A stretch of DNA of 59,405 nt, filler included, from Jimgerdemannia flammicorona (taxonomy: Eukaryota): NCBI GenBank assembly GCA_003990765.1. It is 2 parts of 2 records of this genome, joined end to end, with 100 filler letters (N's around TTAATTAATTAA, not from the genome) between each part and the next. Parts side by side here need not be neighbours in the genome. Positions count along the whole stretch, not along the records: positions 1 to 29,662 come from RBNJ01000480.1; positions 29,763 to 59,405 come from RBNJ01000481.1. One strand, written 5' to 3'. Position 1 is the first letter of the stretch, and every line of letters starts with the position of its first letter. Shown piece by piece: positions 24,695 to 35,456 of the stretch. Below the pieces are notes generated by a model that saw only the letters and a program-made list of their open reading frames with translations, did no database searches and had not been told where the DNA came from. Position numbers and translations under genes: made by a program.

Positions 24695-26725
24695 TGTAAG
24701 AGGGTTGCTTTTTAGGGTAACTGTTACATAGTTCTGGAAAGGTTTTCTGGATATTCTGGATGTTCTGAAAGACTGTTTTCTTATAGTCAAGATCAATTTC
24801 GTATAGAGTATGTCCTCTATGCTTATTGATTTCAAGATCGGGTTGATGTCTCAACCAAAGTCCTTTCTTGGACTAGTTCTGGATGTTCAGGATTTTCCGT
24901 ATTTCAGGAAGTTCAAAAAACTAAGACCAGCTTAGTTGAATTGGTGTATCGCTGCAGACAATACCCAATTAGGAAATTTCATGATAGGGTTAGAAGTAGG
25001 ACCTAACAGAAAGCAGATTTACTTAAGAGTGGTTTGTGGGTTATAGAATAGGTTTATTCGCTATTCATGATATTGCTATACAAGGAGTAGTTGTGTGAAG
25101 GGATATTGTGGGAAAGTATTTAGGAATGTTCTTGTGTGTTCAAGTCTGAGATTCTGAGGTCTGGGGGAGGGGGTATTTATACTAGTGAGGAGCTATCTGG
25201 ACTATGCTAAATATGGATGTAGCACTAAGTACCTTGCTGAGTCAGAATGCAGTCATGTAGTACAAGTGTGATCTGACATATCAAGAGATCGTCTGACTGC
25301 TGAGTCAGTTCACAGTCACGTCATACAAGGCTAATCTATCTATACTATGACTGCTAGACTATTTATAGGTCTTAGGCACTATCTGAGTAGTCTTCAATAA
25401 CATCACCATTGATTGCATCATCTCTGATGAAGTAGTCATCTAGGAATAATAGTTCGCGGATTACTTCTCCTTGTTCACTGAGATAATAATACATTGGAAC
25501 TTCATCTCCATCCCATAGGATAGCATCATCTGTCTCGTACACTGGATAAGGTGTTGGTGGGCGGAGGATGGGTGTATTGTCTTCACTTTCGTCAGATTCA
25601 CTGTCTGCATATCTTCTATAGGTTACAGCACTATGAGTTGCAGGGTTGTAGTAAGCTGGTGGCTGTAGTTCATATCGCACATACTCAGGTGGTGGGGTTG
25701 TTGGTTCGATCTCGAGGGTTGTCTGGAGGTACAGGTTGTATTCTCCAGTCTCTTCATTATAATTGAAGTAATCGGGTGTGAATGCAGATTGGTATTCATG
25801 CCAGTGGTCATTGTTCCAATAAGTCTCATATGTAGTTATGAACTGTTGTAAGTTCATCAGCAAGGTTGGCGGAGTGATCAGGGTTGGCAGAGATCCTTGG
25901 CTTGAGGTCATGTCGGCATCAGAGGGATCATTGTCTTCTGCTTCATCTTCGTTGAAGTGGATTATATCATAGACATCCTTTATGGCATATCCGACTTGAG
26001 GTATTTGTAGGATATGGTCATCAGGGTACGGGAAGGTTCTGTCTGTGGTCTGGATGTATTCGAGGTACTTGTAGTTGAGTTCTTGTATCATGTCATCGAT
26101 TTGGCCGTAGGACAGGATAGCAACCATTTCGCTGGTAGTGACTCGGAGGCAGGGAATAAAGGTGTTGTACTTATAGAAGAGTTCTCGATGTTTGCAGGCA
26201 ATGAGCTTCTGGTGTTGAGACATCTGGGTAATGTCTGTATCATGGTGGTGTTCAACCATGTCTTCCAAGAGGCGGCCGATCTGGTAGTAGCTTGATATTT
26301 GTCCGATCCGGTGGGCCTCGTTAAGCATATTCAGGGCATTCCATCGGGCTTCCACGAAGTAGAGGGGTGCTAGGCTATGGATATTCATGAGAGGCAGAGG
26401 GGGTATGGCTCAGTTGACAATGGCATTCCAAATGTCAGTACGGATATGGTTATAGATCTCAGTAGTCATGTTTGTGTGTTTAGAAGTTGTGGTTGTTGTT
26501 TGTTTTGGTTTTCTAATTCGACGCATCTCGGTGCTCGGTATATATGCATTTGGTCCTGATTGGTAAGATTCCGTTTGTGTAGATCTTGTGTTCCGTGACT
26601 TCATATTGACTCAGCCTTGTGTGCTGTGACTTCGGTTTAACTCAGCTTCATGATCAAGCAGGTGATTTCCAGATTTGTTCAGAGGTCGCGTGTAATTTCG
26701 GTGGCTTGGAGGTTGTGTGCTTACA
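24695..26725 (-). repeat. Family-1 5' LTR (2031 bp)
   Basis: Direct repeat of 16142-18172; TATAAATA at 25181-25174. Confidence 0.97.
25372..26604 (-). CDS. U3-encoded accessory ORF, 5' LTR copy: 338 aa open (26388-25372); 410 aa if the single TGA at 26410-26412 is restored
   Basis: Long uninterrupted ORF wholly inside the LTR, with a helical-looking N-terminal domain and an acidic, Pro/Tyr-rich C-terminus. Function unknown. Confidence 0.85.
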
Positions 26726-27016
26726 CCTACTATACCTAGTATAGTCAAGCTATTGAATAATAACTAGTCTAGGTTTAATAGAGATATAATACTTAGAGAG
26801 TAATAGAAGAGAGTTTGGTTTATATAGTATAGGTTCTATTTTAATAAAAATCTATAGAACTTTGAGTTTATAAAAAAAAAAAACAAATTTGTGGATACTT
26901 TAATTGTGAAAAATATTATAATATAAGATAGGAAGAAAAGTTTATATAGATATTTAAATATTGGCTAAGAGAATATATAGTTATTAGTAACTTCTAAAAG
27001 ATAGTTAGAAATTATC

Positions 27017-28202
27017 TTTTTTTTTTTTTAATGGACTCAATGTCTCATGGATTTTTATTGAAAGAGAACCTAGACTATATAGGCCAAAACCCTCCCCCAC
27101 CACCCATCAAGCACTGTCCCCCTATTAACCTAGGCTAGCTATTATCCAGCAGCTTGCCCATACCAGACACAGTAGGGCCAATAGTAGTCCATATCTCATT
27201 CTGTACACCATACTCTCTCTACTGTCAGGGGAAACCCAACCATATACCAATAACCGAAAGCACATACCCAAGAACCCAATGTATGTATAAGGCTATGCCT
27301 GAGCCAAATAGAATAGCTCCTGCCACTCCAAAGAGAATGACAGGTAAAGAAAACCCTCATCAAAGTACAATACAGTGGGTAGGACCTAGTTCTCCCAGTC
27401 AAGGTGAGTAAAGAACTTATATATAAGGTGGGAGGAGATCTCCAATACTCTACTACTCAAGCCTGCAGACCTTGATCACATTGCCATATCAGCTCTCAGT
27501 TCTAGTTGAGTATAGCTAAGATATCTGAAATAGGTAGTCTCAGGCCCCCCAACTCTCCCTAACAACCAGGGCCCAATCTGCCAAATCACCAAAAGAAGCC
27601 AAGAGTAACACCTACCACCTAACCACACTACATCAATCAAAAAGCCCCACCAAAGCAGTACCCACCCAGCCCCAATGACTGCCCTCAGTCTGGTACACTA
27701 CTGGTTCACTGTTATTGCCCTTCCTCCTATCTGTGATAGCCATCTCCCCTCCCATCCTGATAATATCTGAAAAACAGTCACCTATATCAGAACTGTGCTT
27801 GCTGGGAAGCTCACCAAAGCCAGAAGGCCCCACTATAGATATCGAGGACCTGCAGGTAATCTACACTGAGCACTTGATGCCCAAGGTTGGCTGACTCTCT
27901 ATGTAGCCTAAGACATACTGAGACAGCACCTTATTAGTGATGACAAAAGGAAGAAGGTGCCACACCAAAACAGATATACTCCAGATGTAGCTGAAGGCAC
28001 CAAAAACTATGAAAAAGTAGAGAAGACACTGATCTGATACTGATAAAGAGGCAACTCATCACCATTGCCTCCCTCCTACTACCCTACAATAGGTACAGTA
28101 AACCAACCCGAGGTAGAGGGGGTAATAATTGTGGAAAGTGGACTTGGAAGGTTACTTACCAAACCATTGTGACTGATAAGATAGTGGAGAAAGAAGCCTT
28201 AG
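27017..28202 (-). mobile_element. LINE-B: short 5'-truncated non-LTR element nested in LINE-A
   Basis: Poly(A) tail (T13 at 27017-27029), AATAAA at 27059-27054, ~15-bp TSD TAGTTAGA(A/G)ATTATC at 27002-27016 and 28203-28217; G-rich sense strand like the other LINEs. Confidence 0.75.
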
Positions 28203-28663
28203 TAGTTAGAGATTATCTAGAGATAAGACAGTATATTAATGGAATAGGAAGTAGATAGAGAAATTTGAAAGTGAGACTGATAGAATGTATCAGTAATAAG
28301 TAACTCACTGTAAAGTAGATATTGATATTATAAATAGAATTGGCTAAATATTAGCTATATATATTTGAAAAAAGTAGGTAAATGAGTTTAAAGAAGAAGG
28401 TAGCAAGGTGGAAGTAATTGATGAAGGATCTTTTGTCTTACTGATAAATAGGGTGAGATCTCCAGAGTAATCATTAATAATATCTAATAAAAGATATTTG
28501 TGAACTAAGTAATAAGAAGGTTGCAGTAATTAATAATCTAGTGATCTTCTATTATAATGAAAAAAAAAAGAAAAACCCCCAGGGAAATTGGGTAGAGAGT
28601 GGGGTTGCTGTATATTTTAAGGGTATAGATTGGTTTGGTAATAATGAATGAAGTCTGAGTGAC

Positions 28664-28703
<40 letters not shown>

Positions 28704-28705
<2 letters not shown>

Positions 28706-29616
28706 TTTCATTCCAGTCATGGGGTACAAAAGACTCGTCAAATCGAGAATATTCCAATAGGCGAGGCTGCAAGTGTTAAAAATCCCATATCGCTATTGAG
28801 AACTATGCTCTCTGACCAACTCAACAAAATTATGATCAACAAAATTATCACCGAAAATTAGAAGACTTACTTAAGGCAATTTTGTGTGTCTGGAATTGTT
28901 TTCGCATATTCCCTTAATACAGCTCCGACATCTGTTCCACTTTGCAAAACCCACGATCTCAAATGGGTTGACGTAAGACGGCTTTCAGTGCGCTCTGTGA
29001 ACTCGTCGCGAATCTTGTTATCATTGTTGCCACTGCCATTCTCAGCCAACTCCTCGTCGTTACTTCGTCGTTGCAATGCTTCTCGGTCAACTCGCTGTCT
29101 CTAATGTCACTACTGTCGCCCTTTTTGTCCACATCGTTGGCTTCTGGGCGTTCACTCTGTAGCAGGGTTTTCTTAGGGCATGATATTGGAAAGACTCTTC
29201 AGAATAAATGACATACCCAATTCTCTACTGTCGTGTTGAACCTCGTCTGGACACTAACGTTCGTGTCATGAATTGAACATACCGTCTTCTTTTCTCCTAG
29301 CCAAACTTCCCAATCTCGTTGAATAGCCTCTTCCTGTTTGTAAAGATAAAGATATTATAAATACCATATACTTCAAATTGATATGCATCTGAAGAAAAGA
29401 ATATTAATTACATACGTCATTCTTTACTACTTTGAGCTTTGCTTTGCTATTACTCTTCCTCAAAGCTAGAGAGAAAGCATCCTTATATTTTGAAATCGCA
29501 CGTTCTCTGTGTGTTGGATGAATTAAACGAAAGAAGGCCAGAGGCGTCGGATCCGTAGAGTTTAAGATCCACTCTACATGACGTTTTTTAAGTAGGCCTT
29601 TCCTTTTTGATGTCAT
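28704..29616 (-). pseudogene. 5' half of the host gene split by LINE-A
   Basis: ATG at 29616 (MTSKRKGLLKKRHVEWIL...), GT-AG introns, exon RSWVLQSGTDVGAVLREYAK. The last exon LAYWNILDLTSLLYPMTGMKS continues in frame at 13794 (FKVSKLVESDIPDAVLYFFE). Confidence 0.8.
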
Positions 29617-29662
29617 TGGCTTGGAATTTAATGATTTAATAATAATAGTGGATTAAAAAAAA

Positions 29663-29762
29663 NNNNNNNNNNNNNNNNNNNNNNNNNNNNNNNNNNNNNN
29701 NNNNNNTTAATTAATTAANNNNNNNNNNNNNNNNNNNNNNNNNNNNNNNNNNNNNNNNNNNN
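29663..29762. other. Assembly gap with artificial TTAATTAATTAA linker
   Basis: 100-nt N-run with a six-frame-stop 12-mer at 29707-29718. Confidence 0.95.
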
Positions 29763-32700
29763 TGCTTGAAAATCACTCTGTCTCCTATAACTCCAACCCT
29801 CTCCTCACTCTGTCTGTATATCTTCTTCACCAAACAATACTGCTGACTACCCTACCCATACCACCAACCTATCAGAGTATCCTCCATCAGTCCTTCCTAT
29901 TGCAACAGTCATACTCCAAAATCCAGATATCTCTCATCCTCAAATACATATAGCCAGTATTTACCCTAAAGTAAGCCATTCCCTCCCAACTCCTCCCACC
30001 AGTCTATCCTGCAGATCCTCCCACTGACCCCTCACACTATCTCCCCTCTGTATGATACTCAATCTCTTCTCAACCACTATCCAGAAGTCATTAAGTATCT
30101 CACACTCCTCTAGCCAATATTCAGGCATCTGTATAAAACTCCCTTTCTGTCCAACATTATAGCACTCCTCACAGTCAAAGGTTCCCTCTTCTACCAGATG
30201 GCCAGAGTAAAAGTTGATATAATATTCCTTCTTAATATATGCCACCAGACCACTTAATACTTCAGTGACAGCTACTGCCAAACCTCAGTACTCTAGTTCC
30301 AGATCTTGTTCTAGTCTCACTCTTTGTCAACACCTACTAACTACTATCTGCTGGGCCACAGATCCTGCCCCAACCCCCTCTGGCATTCAACCCCATCACT
30401 AATATCAAAGTCACCAAGAGGAGTGCCCCCTGCAACACTTGGTTCCATCTCTACATCACTGGGCCCCAAGGCCTTTCTCTCTCATATCCCTACTAATGAA
30501 TGCTAATACAGTATATCTCATCAGTGACTCCCTACTAGAAGCCCTTAAACTGCATATACCTATTGTTCTAAAGCCTAACCAAGGACAATAGATCTCTTGT
30601 GGATCCTCTTGATGAAGACCTCATCTCCTAGATCTTCTTCAATAGAGAAACCCAGCTACCTCTCCCCAGCTCAACAGCTCTCTTCAGCCACTATGCTCTC
30701 AGGCAGTGTACCTCTTTGAGAAGTCAACCAGCCCAAGTCCCCCTCTAGTCACCAGTAGGGACAAAATTTTCTAGCTAATCTGACTCCTCCTCCCTGGTCA
30801 GATCCATCCCTTAGTCAGTTTCAGCAGTCTCTTCACTACTTAGGCTGGGAAGTTCAGATGATATATCAGATATTACAACTTCAGCAGCCAGTAAGTATTC
30901 AAGATAGAAACATGCTCTGCCAGAGACAAGTAGTGGTCTCTCTAGCTTTACAGGGCCTCTCTCCAGATAACCACCCTCTGCTCCTATCAGAGTTTTGGAA
31001 GAATGAACTCATATATTGATAGATAGATGCCCAAGTACCTCACTGTCTCTCCAGCAGGGACAATTGTTCCAATGACCTCCTCCCCTACCAGACCATTATC
31101 CAGCACCATTTTTTCATACTTGTATCAATTTAGTTTAGCCCTAGAGTATACCTCATACCACTCCACAGTCTCCTGAGTTCCTCAATATTGGTAATCAAAC
31201 CTAGACTGACCACCATATTACCCACAAAAGCACCAACTTTCCACTCAATGCTATAAACTGAAAGCTCTCCTATCTTCTGCTGAATCTTATCCATTAGGGG
31301 ATCTAAGAAAAGTGCATACAAAATAGGAGACAGTAGGTCCCCCTGGAGAACACTTCTACCTAGAGGGAAAGTCACCCCTCAATGCCCATTATATGAGTAC
31401 AGCCCTGCTCTCTTCCAATAGACTGACTATTGCTGCTCAGAACTGATAAGGGACTCCAATCCTGTCTAGCACTATTGCCAACCAGACCTTCTAAACATAG
31501 TCATATGTCTTCTCCTGATCCAAGAAGACCAGGCACCCATCCAATCCATAGGCCCATATCCCTTCAATAATACTATGTACCCAAGCTATACTATCCCAAA
31601 TGAGTTGGCCTCTGACAAATCCCTACTGCTCTACTCCCAAGACCTGCTGGGCCACCTTCTACAGTCTCACTACTACTACCTTAGTAATTAACTTTCTGTC
31701 TATATCCAGTAGTATGATCAGTCTCCAGTTTCTCCAGTTCTCCCTCCTACTCTTGTTCTTATATAGCAGTACCACCAGCCCCAGATCTTGTTCCCCTACC
31801 CATCTCCCAGACTGCAGTACTAAGTCACAGAGTGTCCTCAGCTCTCCCAGCACATCAGGGATGTCCACCATCTTCTTCCAGAAAGCCCAGAGCAGGCCAT
31901 TCTCATCTGATACTCTACTCAATATAGTTGTAACAAGAATCTGGCAAATCTCCTCCTCCTGTACCAGCATCACCAGGTTGCTCAGCCCTTCTGCCTATAG
32001 TAGGTACCAATCCTCTAAGACAATACCAATGAAGGTATTGTCTGCCCCACCCTCTTCCTCACTCCACAAGCCACTCTACTGCTCCTTCAGTAATCTGAGA
32101 ATATCCTGTATACCATGTACCAATGTTCTCTCAGAATTGAGAACTCCTTCCCACCTCTACTGAACCTTCCTTACCTGAAGAGCTCTCATGAGAAACTTAG
32201 AGGGCCTCTCTCTTTCCTCCAGCCTCTGTCAATAGAGATACATTACCATACTCTGCACCTGCACCTCCTCCTCCTCCCACAATACCTATTATAACTCCAC
32301 AACCTCCTTTCTCACTTATAGCAATCTCCAATCTTTCACCTCCTCCAGGGCCATCAAATCTGCCCAATCTTCCAACAGTCTCATCAATCTAGTAGAGGCA
32401 CACACTCTCTTCTTCCTCCTCTATCTCTCAGCCACTATACCTGACTCTCTCCAATAGACTCTAGCAGCCTTCTTCAGCCTCATCCACCTAATGCCAACTG
32501 AGGCACCTTCTCTTATCCACCCCTCTACCCTCTGCCAAATATCATCAGCTCACTTGTCCTATAGTATCTTGTTGTCTATCAGAGAGGAGTTGAGGTACCA
32601 ATGTCCTGGTCCATCCCCACTCCCCCCAAAATGCCCCTGTCCCAGCAGTCCCCAATAATCAGACCACAGATACTATTCTACCTCTAGAGACCTCCAAAAA

Positions 32701-35452
32701 TCCAGACCTCAGCAGTCTGCTGTCAAAATCCAGTCAATCCTTGTCTCCAGACCACTCACTCAATGTATATATATCCTTCTATCACTCTATAGCTCTCTGC
32801 CAGCATCCACCAAAGCACTCAGTCTCTCTACTTCCTTTCACACCTCCAAACCTCTACTCTTTCTCTCCACCCCCCACTCTCTATCAGTTCTATCCAACAG
32901 TACATCTCTGACTATATTAAAGTCTCTGCCAAGCAGGTCTACTCCAGCCTCTGCCAGAGTCTCCTCCTCCTGGAGACCCTTTACCCACTCTACATACTCA
33001 CCCCTTACTACAGGACAGTAGTAGGATCCAACTATAACTAGTTTCTGATCAGTGCAAATCCACTCACCCCAGACCAGTCTGTCTTCCCAGTTCTGTACAT
33101 TCTGTATCTCCTCTCTGCTCTTCCTGACCAGAATCCCAACCTTGCCCTTCCAAACTGCTTCCCCTCTCCATTTTTTTTATCTATTCCAGTTTATCCAAAT
33201 TATCCTTACACTTGATATCCTGCAAAAGAAAGAGATCTGCCTCCAATCCCTTCAGCCAAGCAAAAATGTTCTATTGACAAAATGAACCCCAGAGCCCATT
33301 CATATTTAAAGAAAAAATATTAGTTGTATTGTTCATAAGAAATAATGTATAATAGTAAGTATATTCTCTACTGCTCCATATTTATCTCCTCCTGAGTCAG
33401 GTCTAGATCATATTTTGCAGCTTCTATCTTCTCTTCAGTTATCTTAGTCTCCAGTCTAACCAGAAGTTTAGTGAGCTCCCTATTCTCTTTCTCCTCAAAT
33501 TCCTCATAATATTCTAGGCAGGCCTCCTGCTAGAGCTACAATCCATACTGCTCTGCCTAACAGAAAGCAGCCCTCTCACTCAGTCCAGCCTCTCTCTCCT
33601 TATCAACCTCATACCCTTTTTCCTCCAGGAAAACTGCAAGAATCTCTACCTTCAGTGCCTCCACTACTCTCTCACTATATAGGATATATGTCTAATTCTC
33701 ATCACTCATCACTTACAGGTCTACCTCTCTCAATTCCTCTACTGCAAAGTTGTTTATCATCTTGCATATCCATAGCTGATTTCTCATCTCCTTCCCCCTG
33801 GGAGTCACTGGCTGCCCTCTATTCAGCATTAAGATATCAGCTCCTATACTTGCAGCCTCATCCCACTCCTCCTCCTGAACATCCACCAGTTCATCCTCAC
33901 TCACTACTACTATCTGCCTCTCCTTTGGTACCTCTGGAACTCCAAAGTGTACTCTCTGAGCTCCCCACATGGGCACATCCTCTGCCACTCTACTCCTTGA
34001 AGCTGGACCTCATCTAATAAGCAGTGTAGAGATCAGAGATAACTCCCAGACCTCAAAGGTGCCATCTGCATAAGAGTTATTTCCCTTCACCTCCTCTCCC
34101 CCTCCTGGCCCCTTCCCTACATTCTCTCTATTCTTACTGGCCCAGATACTCTCCTTGACTCCTCTCATGATTTCAACACCACCAGCATCCTTCTTTGCTC
34201 TGCTTTCCAGTTTCACCAACAGCTCTCTCTGTCTTTTATATTCTTGGGATCTTTCCCATCACCTCTTATCTACCTGAATTCTCTTTCCATCTACCACTTT
34301 CAAATACATCAACTCAATATACATCTTCCAAGCCTTAGCCCTCCACTCTACAGCACCACTCAGCTCTTCCAGTACCTCCAGCAGATCCTCTTCCTCCTCC
34401 TCACTCCCCTTCACCCTCATTACCTTGCACAAGAAAACCCCCCAGACCATCACTGAAGACCAGTCTCTAGCCTTTCCAGTAGCTTTCTTCCCTACCAACT
34501 AAATTTGAATATCAACATCTCTAGTCCTAAATGAGGTCCCCTCTCAGACCTGAAACCCAACATTGACTACCTTGTCATACTCAACCATAACTTCCACAAC
34601 TCTCCTCTTTATCTCCTCAGTAGTCACTATAGGTACTCTCTTCACTAGTAATTGTACCACCCTGGGGTCCCATCTCAAGCAACATATCATCAGAACACAT
34701 ACTTCTCTAACTATCAACTCCACCTTCAGAGCCTCCTCCAATGGTCCAGTCTTCTCAAAGCCAATCTCTACTCCTTTTAGTCTCTTTAGAAACTTCATAG
34801 ATACCACTCCAGCCACCTACTTAGCAATTAGCCCTAAGACCATTTTCACCATCACTGCCAAGCCCCAGAAGCACAAGGTAACTGTGAACTCTGAGATTGA
34901 CTTCTTGTGTAATGGTGCCACCACCAGTCTCATTATACTATCTGCCAGATTACTAGGCCTCATGCCTTTCCTACTGCTCAGTCTACCATCAGTAGTCTCA
35001 TCTAGATTTTTTTCCTGATCACCTATCATACTTTCATCAGCAGTCACCCTCAGTCTCTATACCATCAGCCCCACTATCCTGGCCCCCCAGAGAGACTCCT
35101 TCTTGAGGCTGCTGCCCTGCAGTCTTTGCCATCTCCTTGCCCCTCCTAAGTCAGCCCTCCAGTTCAGCTCTCTGCTGACCTCTCTTCACCTTATCTACAA
35201 AGCTTGCCCTCTCTGTCCCCTGACCTCCAGCACTGTCCCCTCCCCTATCATATTCTCCTGCCATCAGGCCCCTCATGCTTCTCCCCAAGTCAGGGCCTCT
35301 CCCCACATACTACCAGTCAAATGTACCCAGGCCACTCTGCCCAGTATGTACTTCAGAATGCTTATTGATTACCATAACTAGTAGTTTTTCTCCAGAAACT
35401 GTGTTGAAAGTATTGCCAAAAGATTTTATAATCTGAATATTACTGGAGAAAG
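29763..35452 (-). mobile_element. LINE-C: near full-length degenerate L1-clade LINE (ORF1 ~35330-33360; ORF2 from 33336; 3' end lost in the gap), abutting family-1 copy 2
   Basis: MNNTTNIFSLNMNGL endonuclease start; NWRLIILLDIDRKLITKVV; QGDLLSPILYALF; CEEC...EYWLEEC. Collinear with 52601-58165. Confidence 0.92.
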
Positions 35453-35456
35453 ATCA

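Larger units (their letters stand above)
16142..26725 (-). mobile_element. Full-length Ty3/gypsy chromovirus, family 1 (10584 bp), inactivated by point mutations
   Basis: Two 2031-bp LTRs with TGTAAG...CTTACA ends; 5-bp TSD CCTAC (16137-16141, 26726-26730); PBS and PPT present; order Gag-dUTPase-PR-RT-RH-IN-chromodomain. Confidence 0.97.
13807..28703 (+). mobile_element. LINE-A: 5'-truncated, heavily mutated L1-clade LINE, itself interrupted by the chromovirus (16142-26725) and LINE-B (27017-28202)
   Basis: 12-bp TSD GATTTCATTCCA at 13795-13806 and 28704-28715; A37 tail at 28667-28703. 13807-16141 is collinear with ORF2 of the LINE at 55550-57800 (remnants FLNQKKAYN, FQRDLFSSILY). Confidence 0.9.

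Noticed and set aside
16142..26725. Dating the insertion from LTR-LTR divergence
   Set aside because: Divergence is dominated by directed transitions, so a neutral clock would overestimate the age.
27150..27360. Hydrophobic, TM-like translation on the minus strand (possible env-like gene)
   Set aside because: Lies within LINE-B, between its TSDs, where the ORF2 C-terminus is expected; G/T-rich composition explains the hydrophobicity.
29663..29762. Palindromic TTAATTAATTAA inside an N-run
   Set aside because: Artificial scaffold linker. True gap size and adjacency are unknown; the 3' end of LINE-C and the integrase/3' LTR of family-1 copy 2 are missing here.
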